A DNA stretch of 64,000 bases. Origin: Mobula birostris. Its lineage: Eukaryota. The stretch covers positions 32,022,424 to 32,086,423 of the forward strand of contig NC_092395.1 of the NCBI RefSeq assembly GCF_030028105.1. The letters run 5' to 3'. The notes beneath the pieces were generated by a model, which saw only the letters and a program-made list of their open reading frames with translations, was not told the origin of the DNA and did not search any database. The stretch's first letter is position 1. Each line of letters opens with the position of its first letter. Below, in pieces: positions 40,601 through 50,117 of the stretch. A program made the translations under genes and the position numbers.

Positions 40601-43079
40601 TTGCAAGTGGGATGAGGGTTCATACCCATGGTTCCTCACAATCTCAACTAATTCTCTCAAATTAAAGTTATATTCACACAGAAGAACAGAAATAGTTTGC
40701 ACACATTCTAAGTAAATCGGCTAGTTAGAAGCGTTGGAGAATACCTAGAAAGTCACTGATGAAGGAAACATCAGATAATTTAGTCCTAAATATTATGGTG
40801 CCAATTTTCATTTACCAATTTCACAATCACTCATATCTAAATACTATCGACCAGTCTCATGATTGATTTCCTCCTAGTTGGCAGAAGACAAGTGCAAAAT
40901 ATGCATGTAATTTAATCGACTGGCACAAATTGTTTATCAAATACAAATTACTTATCGGCAACAAAATGAACTGGCATGGGCAAGGGAAGATTAAATAAAG
41001 TAACATTTGTTTTCCACCTGAATAACCTTGCCCCCCCCAAACGAAACTGACAGGTACACGCAGGAAGGAAAAAAGAGAACACATCCTACATTTGGCCTAC
41101 CAATGTCGGTCCATGGTAGAAAAAAAAAGTTATGTTTGGACAGTTCACATGTCCACACACCTAAACTTTCAATAATAAGACAAAAAAAGCTACAAAAATT
41201 GCGTTTCTCCCACCTCATAAAATGAATTTACAATATGATCTGTGATGATTTTGTGGAATGGTAAAAGAGACTTAAAAGGATGAAGTCACCTGCCCTTGAT
41301 GCCAAATTATTTATCATCAATATTCTGCTAAATTTTGATTCACTAGTATCACTCAGAAATGCTGTAAAGAGACATTTAGTTAAAGTTCAACAAACATTTC
41401 CTCTGTACAAGAGATATTCTTCAAGATGATCCATACTCAGCATCAAGGATTGAAGTTTAAAAAAAGAGCGAATTTAGTTAGTACATGTAATACTGATCAA
41501 TGAAACAACAAAAACTAATTTTAATTTCCAATGAGTACACATTACACCTGACTTTACCTTTCTCTCTCATTAAATCTTTAAGTGTCTGCCATTTCATTTC
41601 AAATGGGATATTGCTCACAAAAACCCGGAATCTTGCATTTCGGTTTGTTGAATACGGCTCAAAACGGTTTCCTCCACGCTTGCTGCTTTTTTCCTTTAGC
41701 TTATCATTTTTATCACTCTTAACTGGAGCTTCATTTGTTTCACTGTAGAAAAAAAAATCAATTTCAATAATAATTTATTTTGCATTCATACATTTCGCCC
41801 ATATACCTCTGCAAAGATTTAACAAAATTTACCCATGGCACATTGCATTAATACTGAAAAGTTGAAACATCTTTATAAAGAAAGCAATAACTTATTAAAA
41901 ATCATGGCATATCCTTAAAGAATATTCACTTTTAGGCTGAAAAGCTGATTTGTTGGTGGTGGGTGAGTAGAAAAATGATCGGAAACAACAGGAATTCTGC
42001 AGATGCTGGAAATTCAAGCAACACACATAAAAGTTGCTGGTGAACGCAGCAGGCCAGGCAGCATCTCTAGGAAGAGGTGCAGTCGACGTTTCAGGCCGAG
42101 ACCCTTCGTCAGGATTCAACTTCGGTTTCAATTAAGTGACAAAAATGAACAGCGTGACGAAAAATATGCGAGTTTCAGGGGAAACGGGCAAGAAATAAAG
42201 CAAGCAGTTAAGTTCTTTTGGAGGATATAGAAAAGATAGTCAGTCCCTCAAGGCGAGATATGGTACCAGTCTTGGGGTGGGATGCTGCACGTAATGAGTG
42301 GGAAAGAGAAAGTCTCAGCAAGAAAGAGATAAACGGGGATGATATGCAAAGAGAAATTAGGGGCACCGTCGAGAAATGCAAAGGTACGGTGCTGGCATTT
42401 AGCTGGTTAAAGGGAAGCATGCGGTTGGGAATGAGATTACAGTACCAGCGGGTTTAGAAAATATAGCACCGATTAAAAAATCGAACCTCAACGCACAAAG
42501 ACTAGGAGAGGATTAACATGCGGTGGAACGGTACCGGCATGGTTTAAATTGGAACGATGAAGAGAACCAGACAGGAAGACAAAAAAAAATAAAATTGTAA
42601 TACAATTATTTCACCAAAGGAAGATAAATAGCGAGGTTTTATTGCTTCATGTGTAGATTAGCCTCAAGTATCTCGATTATAAGTGTGGAAAATGAAAATA
42701 TACGAAAAAAATTGAACCATAAAAGAAATCTACAAAACTAAATTACGTTGGCACGACTTTAATAATTAGTTCCAATTCCATTCTCTTTAGGAAGGAAACA
42801 GACTTTTTCTCTCGGTTTGAAGGATTACCGGGGTTGACTCCAAATCGTAAACGCCGCGCCGCCCTTTTGTTCGGCGCCAAGGCCGCGGCCTACATCCTTG
42901 TTAAAGCCTGTACCGTTGCCATAGACACACGGCCTTCTCAGACCGAATTTTTTCCTCACAAATACGCACCTCTGGTTCTGATCTTCATCGCCACCGCTTG
43001 GGGTATTCTCCTCCTGCTTTTCTTCCAACTCAATGTTGGCGATCGCAGGTTCTTGGGATGTAGGCTCCAATTCCGCCAT
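13480..43079 (-). CDS. HNRNPM: Heterogeneous nuclear ribonucleoprotein M, whole CDS span (18 coding exons, 2004 nt, 667 aa)
   Basis: Exons join in frame with GT-AG boundaries. HNRNPM-type motifs: KRGGNRFEPY, VGEVTYVELFMDADGKSRGCG, SGRPLKVKE, DGEHARR, LQAGRLGST, YADIKMENGKSKGCGVVRFESPDSAERACRMMNG. A RAB11 neighbour also favours HNRNPM over its paralogue MYEF2. Confidence 0.92.
14252..14303 (-). CDS. HNRNPM: HNRNPM exon 17 (52 nt)
   Basis: LPYDITWQMLKDKFSEF; donor gtaagt. Confidence 0.92.
15461..15813 (-). CDS. HNRNPM: HNRNPM exon 16 (353 nt; G-M-D-R-M-G repeats and start of RRM3)
   Basis: Repeated xMDRMG units ending in CQIFVRN; donor gtgagt. Confidence 0.92.
16861..16923 (-). CDS. HNRNPM: HNRNPM exon 15 (63 nt)
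   Basis: tttag acceptor; AGGMSAGGGMAAGTPGMASGM; donor gtaaga. Confidence 0.82.
17823..17951 (-). CDS. HNRNPM: HNRNPM exon 14 (129 nt)
   Basis: DMYQGGMYGPG...FDRDFGRNEMGMSRGYGDSFGGM; donor gtaagt. Confidence 0.87.
19305..19367 (-). CDS. HNRNPM: HNRNPM exon 13 (63 nt)
   Basis: cccag acceptor; GSGGMDDYRGAGGGGMGGGMG; donor gtaagt. Confidence 0.83.
19954..20049 (-). CDS. HNRNPM: HNRNPM exon 12 (96 nt)
   Basis: GMDGPYGGGGGGMDRMDNMGRFGPGMNMGRMG; donor gtaaga. Confidence 0.88.
20980..21033 (-). CDS. HNRNPM: HNRNPM exon 11 (54 nt)
   Basis: cag acceptor; GMGMDGMGFGGMNRMAGG; donor gtaagt. Confidence 0.87.
21430..23003 (-). mobile_element. Tc1-like transposon with ~210-bp TIRs and disrupted transposase (HNRNPM intron 10)
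   Basis: TA-caaaccccatttccagaaaag...cttttctggaaatggggtttg-TA; HTH region SQRKIAENLGLSTSTI; WPAASPDLSPVENVW. Confidence 0.93.
23571..23787. mobile_element. Penelope-terminus fold-back insertion with 14-bp TSD
   Basis: 90-bp inverted arms 23571-23660 and 23663-23752; TSD ggaactctagccca at 23557-23570 and 23788-23801. Confidence 0.88.
23790..23975 (+). mobile_element. Older Penelope-like 3' remnant
   Basis: Degenerate cagtcctgaagaagggcctcagtcagaagtgttgactg terminus. Confidence 0.55.
24971..25087 (-). CDS. HNRNPM: HNRNPM exon 10 (117 nt)
   Basis: GLGGVGMGLGPGGQPLDARDL...; donor gtaaga. Confidence 0.9.
26702..26762 (-). CDS. HNRNPM: HNRNPM exon 9 (61 nt)
   Basis: tttttacag acceptor; DDKSMPKNNFYAGDRAPQLP; donor gtatgt. 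Confidence 0.9.
26988..27068. mobile_element. 81-bp hAT-type MITE
   Basis: Imperfect CAGGG TIRs and a perfect 8-bp TSD atttagat (26980-26987 and 27069-27076). Confidence 0.8.
27404..27453 (-). CDS. HNRNPM: HNRNPM exon 8 (50 nt)
   Basis: SMFNGQLLFDRPMHIKM; donor gttagt. Confidence 0.92.
27454..27716 (-). other. U12-type (minor spliceosome) GT-AG intron 7 of HNRNPM
   Basis: 5' splice site GTATCCTTT; branch site TTCCTTAAT about 10 nt before the terminal cag. Confidence 0.9.
27717..27870 (-). CDS. HNRNPM: HNRNPM exon 7 (154 nt, RRM2)
   Basis: LDFKVGWKKLKEVFSMAGNVVRADIVEDKDGKSRGMGTVTFERPIESVQAL; followed by the U12 donor GTATCCTTT. Confidence 0.93.
28906..30350 (-). mobile_element. CR1 LINE, 5'-truncated and frameshifted (HNRNPM intron 6)
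   Basis: VPEDWRVADVVPLFKKG..GNYRPVSLTSVVGK..SQHGFVKGRSC; YENRLSELGLFSLE. Confidence 0.9.
30859..31056 (-). CDS. HNRNPM: HNRNPM exon 6 (198 nt)
   Basis: DLDGEHARRMMQK...LLNNPNVPRDVLSALQAGRLGSTIFIVN; donor gtgagt. Confidence 0.92.
31888..33213 (+). mobile_element. Decayed Tc1-like transposon (HNRNPM intron 5), apparently inside a Rex1-like remnant (~31140-33350)
   Basis: GKGYKSMSKDL, VLWTDET, MIWGCF, QQDNNLKH motifs; degenerate TIRs. Confidence 0.85.
33640..33733 (-). CDS. HNRNPM: HNRNPM exon 5 (94 nt)
   Basis: tttttcag acceptor; VVEFKSEENMKKAVEVMDKQSFSGRPLKVKE; donor gtaagt. Confidence 0.93.
33870..34590. mobile_element. Old Penelope-like remnants in inverted arrangement
   Basis: Purine-rich then pyrimidine-rich arms with weak similarity to Penelope termini. 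Confidence 0.4.
34956..34963 (-). CDS. HNRNPM: HNRNPM exon 4, 8-nt microexon (GGATGTGG)
   Basis: aag|GGATGTGG|gtaagt with a pyrimidine tract upstream; needed to restore frame and complete the RRM1 RNP1 motif (KSRGCGVVEF). Confidence 0.88.
36812..36864 (-). CDS. HNRNPM: HNRNPM exon 3 (53 nt)
   Basis: tgtag acceptor; VGEVTYVELFMDADGKSR; donor gtaagt. Confidence 0.93.
41558..41742 (-). CDS. HNRNPM: HNRNPM exon 2 (185 nt; PY-NLS-like RFEPY and start of RRM1)
   Basis: ttttctacag acceptor; KRGGNRFEPYSTNRNARFRVFVSNIPFEMKWQTLKDLMREK; donor gtaaag. Confidence 0.93.
41984..42115 (-). mobile_element. Penelope-like terminal repeat in HNRNPM intron 1
   Basis: Near-identical to copies at 1-122 and 61085-61218. 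Confidence 0.85.
42081..42115 (-). ncRNA. Minimal type I hammerhead ribozyme motif
   Basis: Minus strand reads ATC-CTGACGA-AGGGTCTCGGCCT-GAAAC-GTC-GACT: conserved core, short stem II, GUC cleavage triplet. Stem I is weakened by truncation; activity not shown. Confidence 0.65.
42970..43079 (-). CDS. HNRNPM: HNRNPM exon 1, coding part (110 nt, MAELEPTSQEPA...DQNQ)
   Basis: ATG in a CpG island with G at +4; donor AG|gtgcgt; phase 2 matches exon 2. Confidence 0.85.
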
Positions 43080-43277
43080 CGACGCAGGAACAAAACGACC
43101 AACTCGCGCTGCTGAAGTCCAAATGGCCGCCGCGTAGTGACGCGTGAAGGATTCTGGGTACTGCCGCGCTGTAAGCCCCGCCCCTCCTCTTCCCTTCCCC
43201 CACCGTCTTTCACTCAGGTGACGACACACTGGATTTCAGCGCCAAATTGCCGCGGCGAGAGTGGCGACCGTCCCACG

Positions 43278-43381
43278 TGCGTACGTCTGTCTACCTGACA
43301 GGTGAGAACGACAGGTGTGGTGTCCGCAATGCGTACGTATGTCTATCTGACAGGTGAAGGCGACAGGTGTGGTGTCTGCAT
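43278..43381. repeat. 52-bp tandem duplication upstream of HNRNPM
   Basis: Two copies of tgcgtacgt.tgtcta.ctgacaggtga...cgacaggtgtggtgtc.gca starting at 43278 and 43330. Confidence 0.9.
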
Positions 43382-44539
43382 TGCAGTCAGATATCGAGCA
43401 GTGTCAGTCAGGAGCAGGGTTACAAAGTTGCTCCCTCCCTTCGAGACGGGTCATAGCTAGGTCTTGCCTGCAGCTGACAATGAGATCGACGTTACACGAG
43501 TACAGTACTATAAAGCATGAGAAAGAAGCCGGAGCGGATCATTAATCTGCTCCACCACTCAACAAAGATTATGGTTGATTTCTATCTCCAACACTGCTTA
43601 CTTGTACGGTGTCACTTAATATCCAAAAATTATCAGTCTTGGTACACAATGACTAACCCACCAAATCTATCTAGGATAGAGAGGCTGCTGCGATCAGGGT
43701 GAAACAATTTCTCCTCACTCTTAAATGGCTTGTGCTGTCCTGTCTCTTACTCCAGACTCGTTACTGTAGGGAAACATCCTCTCTATTACAGTATAACCTT
43801 TAAGAATCAACTTTGGTCTCCCTGTGTAATCATGATAATACATCTGTATTTAGATGACAGCTACAATGGCCAGCAGACCATTTGCTTTCCTACATATCTG
43901 CTGCACTTCTGTGTATGCTTATCTGGAAGTGAATACTTCCTTATTTTTCCACATTGTATCTTCACTCCCCCCCCCCCCCACCATCTGCCATGATATTACC
44001 CACTCATTCAGTTTGCCTATATCCCTTTGAAGTATCTTCATTCTCTGTACTTCTTGCATTCCCACTTAGTTTTTCAGCAGAGTTAGAAACATTTTTTCTT
44101 TGCTGCCCTCTGCCAATTTGTTGATAACTATTGTGAAAAGGTGGGGCCTAATTAATTCTCTCTGTATCTCACGTTATAAACTGCAAATCTCAGAAGGACC
44201 CATTTACTTCTATTCTTTTAGACTCATAGATGGAAATGCAGAAACAGGCCCTACCATCAATTCCACACCCATTTTATATTAATCTTACATTTTTCATTCA
44301 CCGCACATTGACTTCAAATCTACCCCCACTCCAACTACATACATGTAGAGGCAATTTGTAATAGCCAATTAACAGACCGGCATGCATGTCTTTGGGATGT
44401 GGAAGAAAAACAGCACAGCGAGGAAACCCATCCAATTACAAGGAGAACATACAGACAGCACCTGAGGTCAGAACTGAACCTGGTTCTCTGGTACCTTGAT
44501 GCAGTAGCTCTACTAGGTACACTATTTTAGGCCTTCTCT

Positions 44540-45300
44540 ATACCCACAGTTTGCCTCCTGCCAGTCAGCCAATGCTATACTCATTCCTATAATAGCATAA
44601 GTTCCTATTTTGTTAAGCAACCTCGTGTGACACCTTGTCAAAGGCTTTCAGAAAATCCAACAACATCCACTGAGACTCCTTTGTCATCCTGCCTGTTATT
44701 TCCTCAAAGAATTCCAATGGATTTATCAGGGAATTCCAATGGATTTATCAGGGAAGATTTCCCCCTTAAGGAAACCAAGCTGACTTCATCCCACTTTATT
44801 GTTTGCCTTTGAGTATCCCAAAACCTCATTCTAAATAATAGACTCTAACATCTTCCCAACCACTGAAATTAGGCTAACTGGCCTATAACTTTATGTCTTT
44901 TGTCTCCCTGGAGTGACATATGCAATTTTCCAGTCCTTCAGAACCACTCTAAAATCTGGTGATTCCCAAAAAGATCACTATTAATGTCTCCACAATCCCT
45001 TCAGCTATCCCTTTCAAAACCCTAGGGTGTAGTCCATCTCATCCAGGTGACAGACCTTCCAGCTTCTCAAGCACCTTCTACAGTCATTTCTGCCCCATTA
45101 CCCTTGAATTTCTGCCATGCTGCTGGTGTCTTCTACAATGAAGACTGATGCAAAAGACTTACTGAGTTTGACTGTCATTTCTTTGTTCTGCCCCCTCTCC
45201 ACCACTACCTCTCCAGCATCATTTTCCAGCAGTCCAATATCCACTCTTTCCTCTCTTTTACTTTTTATATATCTGAAAAAAACATTTTGTATCCTCTTTC
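44540..45300 (-). mobile_element. Decayed CR1 fragment
   Basis: ccaaccactgaaattaggctaactggcctataa corresponds to the NYRPISLxSVVGK motif on the minus strand. Confidence 0.65.
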
Positions 45301-46489
45301 TTCCTAATTGATTTTTAGTTGCCTTCTAAAAGTAACTATAGCGTGTTATAGAGATACATAAATATATATGAACTCAACAAAAGGTATAAATACATTTTTG
45401 TATGTATCAAATGCAGCTTGTGTGCAATCAGGTCACCTCCTGGTTTCTCTGTTTGAAGTATTCACTGAGTGGTGGTTGGTGCATTCTGTACAAGCACTTC
45501 AACATTGCAGCCAACACCTGAGGCAGAAAGAGACATTCAAAGCATGGAAAGGCTCACATGAGGAAGTGTGGAAGATGCCACATTTTCAGTATTGTTCATG
45601 AACTATCTTTTGCCAATTGCAAAAGATCTCAAGTTTGAGCATATCTAATAAAATCTTATGATTAAGGTGGTAAACGAAATGTAACTAGTTAATTAGTGGT
45701 ATCTCCAGCATTAACTGCAAGCTTTAATCTTGGCAGCAGCCACTTTTCAGGGAAGGTCTCAAGTGTCACAGAGACTATATTCTGTTTCTCCAGAATTACT
45801 CGTATTCGGACAAAAATACAGACAGGCAGTCGTGGACCATGTCATTCAACTTCCTCACTCACCTTGCATTCGATTTTGTAGTCAAAGGATGAGGCCAAGT
45901 GGAGCTAAAATATATATTCTTGTGGAGGATAGGGACATGATGCAGTGCTGAATGAGTACCTTGTATCTTTATTGAAGTACTTGTCAATCTTTGTTGTCAC
46001 TGTAGCGGTGAAGGAGGAAACGGAAGTGACCATGGATAGATTGGAAATAAAGAGCAGGTACTTGAACTGTTACAGAAGTAAAGCACTGTAGATCTGGAAA
46101 TTGGAAATAAAATATAATACAAAAAATACTCACCATGATTTGTGAGGATATGTGCAGTAAAAAGTCGTTCATGTTTCAGTCAGTTACCTTTAAGCAGAAT
46201 TGCTGCTGCTTGATCTGACGATTGTTCCAGGGCTTGATCTATTTGTACTTAAAAGCATGGAGATTCTAATTGTAGAGAAGATTCTCAGTCTAAATTATAT
46301 TCATCTGTGTTATAAAAGGATGTTAAATGCTGTAAGAAATCATCTAATTCTTCATTGATATGAAGATTGTCCCATATGCAGGCAACACTTTATTTAACTA
46401 TGCAGAAAAGGGAGCGAAACCGCTGAACTGTGAGCCCGACCTTGGGTAAATAATTAGCATTTTGAATAAGGCCTAATAATTAAATTGTA

Positions 46490-46870
46490 GCATAGATTTT
46501 TGAAGCCCTGTTGTTGAAGGCTTTGATGAAGTAACAGCATTGCAGTGTACCTGCCTCAGTCACTTCCCCTGCCACCTTGTTTCTCTGGGTGAAAAAGTTG
46601 CTCCTCGGATCCTTTAAAAACTTTCTCCTCTCACCCTAAAACTATGCCCCCTAGTTTTGGACTCCCCTACCTTAGGAAAAAAGACTGCTATCATCACCTT
46701 ATCTGTGCCTCTCATAATTGTGAACATTTGTATAAGCTCCTAAATTCTACAGAATAAAGACCTCGCCTGCCAACGACTCCTGAAAACTCAGGCCATGCAG
46801 TCTTGGCAACATCTTTGTAAACCTCTGTACTCTTTCCAGTTTTACCATATCTTTCACATAACAGGTGACC
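46490..46870 (-). mobile_element. Decayed CR1 3' fragment
   Basis: Similar to 29100-29360 (aaaactatgccc, ggcaacatc.ttgtaaa). Confidence 0.6.
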
Positions 46871-47691
46871 AAAAAGATTTAAAAAAAACAGATGTTGGAC
46901 ATCTTGAGCAACACACACAAATTGCTACAGGAACTCAGCAAGTCAGGCAGCATCAATGGAGAGTAATGTTGGACCCAACTGTTTAATTCTTAAGATTAGA
47001 CTGTTTAACTGTTATTTTCTTTGCAGTTTAACAATTAATTGCTTGTATCTTATATACATGTAACAGTTTATTAAGCTTCCTAATGGCCACAGTATGTATC
47101 TGCAGTTATTCAATGTGTTCGCTAGTGGTTATTTTAGTGTAATTCTGGAAAGTTCTGGAATCTTCTCTTGGTGATGCAATATTTGAATAAGAGCTTTCTC
47201 ATTGGTGAAATCTATGAATTTGAATGACATTTTCTTTATCTATTGAGTATTAAAAAGCTGCACCATGAGACAGTGCCATCTTAGATCTTTTGACATGCAC
47301 TGTCTTCAACTAGTAAACCTCTATCACTGTTAATTTTCAACTCTCTTTGTTCTAATAACACTTAATAAAATGCTCATGAAGCAGCATGTTTTGTGTCTTT
47401 TTCCAACTTCTGAAAGAATCTTGGATTAAAACATCAGAATCCAAAAGGAATAAACAGTCAACATTTCAGGCCAAATCTTACCCCACCTACCCTCTTCTAC
47501 CCACCCACATATATTTTGGGAGTTACAACAAAAACAGATGTCACTGAAGAAATTTGGCACTTGGGCAGCCAATGAAAAGGCACAAAGCACCAGCAGCTCT
47601 TGGTCTCTTGTATGCTTTAGAGACTTCTTTTTTGAAATAAGCATTTTAAAGCACCAAAGTCCAAAGTAAATTTAATATCAAAGTACACATA

Positions 47692-48381
47692 CATTCAGTG
47701 GCCACTTTATTATATATGTCCCGCACATAGTAAAGTGGCCAATGAGGTTATATTTGTGGTCTTCTGCTGCTGTAGCCCATCCATTTTAAGTTTCAACATG
47801 TGAGTACAGGAATGCTCTTCTGAGACTTGTGTGTGAAAATACCAGGAGATCAGCAGTTTTGAAAATACTCAAACCACCCCATGTGGCACCAACATAAATA
47901 AAGGCATCCGTTAGTCTTGTGAGACCATGGATCCGTGCCTGGTAAGTCTTCACTCTCCAGGGCGCAGGCCTGGGCAAGGTTGTATGGAAGACCAGCAGTT
48001 GCCCATGCTGGAAGTCTCCCCTCTCCATGACACCAATGTTGTCCAAGGGAAGGGCATTAGGACCCATACAGCTTGGCACCAGTGTCGTCGCAGAGCAATG
48101 TGTGATTAAGTGCCTTGCTCAAGGACACAACACATTCCCTCGGCTGGGGCTCGAACTCACGACCTTCAGGTAGCTAGTCCAATGCCTTAGCCATGTGCCC
48201 ACACCAACAATCATTTAGTCAAAGTCACTTAGATCACATTTCTTCCCCATTCTGATCCCCGGTCTGAAAAACAACTGAACCCCTTGACCACGTCTGCATG
48301 CTTTGAGTTGCTGTAACTTGATTGACTGATTAGATATTTGCATTAACAAGCAGGTGAACCTAATAAAGTTGCCACTGAGTG
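47692..48381. mobile_element. Tc1/mariner-type non-autonomous element (same family as 5064-8330)
   Basis: TIRs cattcagtggccactttatta / taataaagttgccactgagtg. Confidence 0.75.
47895..48201 (-). mobile_element. tRNA-derived SINE (second copy) with 8-bp TSD
   Basis: Highly similar to 3926-4236; TSD caccaaca at 47887-47894 and 48202-48209. Confidence 0.85.
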
Positions 48382-48852
48382 TTTGTTACCACATACTATC
48401 TTGAGATTATTTTTTTATAGGCACTTACAGGGAAAAAAGAAGTACAATAGAATCTATGAAAAACTATAGATAAACAGACTAAGACTTACAAACAACCAAT
48501 GTGCAAAAGAAGACAATCTATGTGAGTATCAGTAACACTGTCTCCATGAAATCTTACAAATATATTACTAGAACAGACAATATATAAGTAAATATATGTA
48601 TAGTATTGTTTACCTGGGAATCAGTGAAGAATCCTGGAGCTTGTCATATCCCATACACTGGACAATGAAGTCCAGTGACAATGAGGTTAAGAACTTAATG
48701 TACATATGGTACTCTGGAGACAAGGGTGTGAAGTGGCAAAATTAATGAAGATATCATCCTACATGGTTGAGTAAGTCTAGCAAATTCACAGTTAATCCTG
48801 GCAAGCCTTAGGCACCAATTTTAAACCAAGGAAGACAATGGAAAAGTATAGC

Positions 48853-50117
48853 ACAAATTTATCGGAATTTTTTGAGGTAATCTCGAATAAGATTGACAAG
48901 GGAGAGGCTGTGGATGTTGTGTATTTGGATTTTCAAAAGGCCTTTGATAAGGTACCGCATATGAGGCTGCTTAATAAGATGAGAGCCCATGGAATTATAG
49001 GAAAGATATTGAAATGGGTGGAGCATTGGCTGATAGGCAGAAAGCAAAGGGTGGGAATAAAGGGATCCTATTCTGACTGGTTGCCGGTTACTAGTGGTGT
49101 TCCGCAGGGGTCGGTGTTGGGGCCGCTTCTTTTTACGATGTATATCAATGATTTGGATTATGGATTAAATGGTTTTGTGGCCAAGTTTGCGGATGACACC
49201 AAGATAGGTGGAGGAGCAGGAAATGTTGAAGAAACGGAAAGGTTGCAGAGAGACTTAGTCAGTTTAGGAGAGTGGGCAAAGAAATGGCAGATGAGATACA
49301 ACGTTGACAAATGTACGGTTGTACATTTCGGAAGAAGAAATAATCGGGCAGATTATTATTTAGATGGGGAGAAAATTCAAAAATCGGAAGTGCAAAGGGA
49401 CTTGGGGGTCCTCGTGCAGGATACCCTAAAGGTTAACCACCAAGTTGGATTGGCGGTAAGGAAAGCGAATGCTATGTTGGCATTCATTTCAAGAGGAATA
49501 GTGTATAAGAGTAAGGAGGTGTTGATGAGGCTCTATGGGGCATTAGTGAGACCTCATTTGGAATACTGTGTGCAGTTTTGGGCCCCCTATCTTAGAAAGG
49601 ATATACTGATGTTGGAGAGAGTTCAGAGAAGATTTACGAGGATGATTCCTGGAATGCAGGGGCTAACATATGAGGAGCGTCTGTCGGCTCCTGGATTGTA
49701 TTCATTCGAGTACAGAAGAATGAGAGGGGATCTTATAGAAACGTTTCGAATGTTGAAAGGGTTGGACAGAGTAGATGTGGAAAGGTTGTTTCCCTTGGTG
49801 GGTGAGTCCAGGACAAGAGGCCATAGTCTTAGAATTAGAGGGTACCCAGTTAAAACAGAGATGAGGAGAAATTTTTTTAGCCAGGGGGTCGTGGATTTGT
49901 GGAATTCGTTGTCACATATGGCTGTGGAGGCCCGATCATTGAGGGTGTTTAAGGAGGAGATTGACAGGTATCTAATTAGTCAGGGTATCAAGGGATATGG
50001 GGGAAAAGCCGGAAATTGGAACGAGATGGGTGAATAGTTTAGCTCATGGGGGAGCTGCGGAGCAGACTCAATGGGCCAAATGGCCTACTTCTGCTCCTTT
50101 GCCTTATGATCTTGTGA
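48853..50117 (+). mobile_element. Young CR1 LINE, 5'-truncated, with open RT and C-terminal ORF2 (ORF 48838-50037)
   Basis: YLDFQKAFDKVPH, GVPQGSVLGPLLF, KFADDTK, VRPHLEYCVQFWAP; CR1 3' UTR tggcctacttctgctcc. Confidence 0.93.

Larger units (their letters stand above)
42820..43400 (-). promoter_or_regulatory. HNRNPM CpG-island promoter and 5' UTR
   Basis: High CpG density; GC box CCCCGCCCC (~43176); YY1-like GGCGGCCATTT in the 5' UTR; CACGTG at 43274-43279. Confidence 0.75.

Noticed and set aside
13480-43079. MYEF2 as the gene identity
   Set aside because: RGGNRFEPY, RPLKVKE, GEHARR and AERACRMMNG, plus the RAB11 neighbour, fit HNRNPM better.
42825-43229. 134-aa ORF over HNRNPM exon 1
   Set aside because: It is exon 1 extended into 5' UTR and intron from a non-ATG start, not a separate gene.
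44709-44752. 22-bp tandem duplication (gaattccaatggatttatcagg x2)
   Set aside because: Lies inside a decayed CR1; ordinary slippage.
45730-46172. Exon-like segments and short ORFs on both strands between HNRNPM and RAB11
   Set aside because: No consistent frame or recognisable protein; a lncRNA cannot be excluded or supported from sequence alone.
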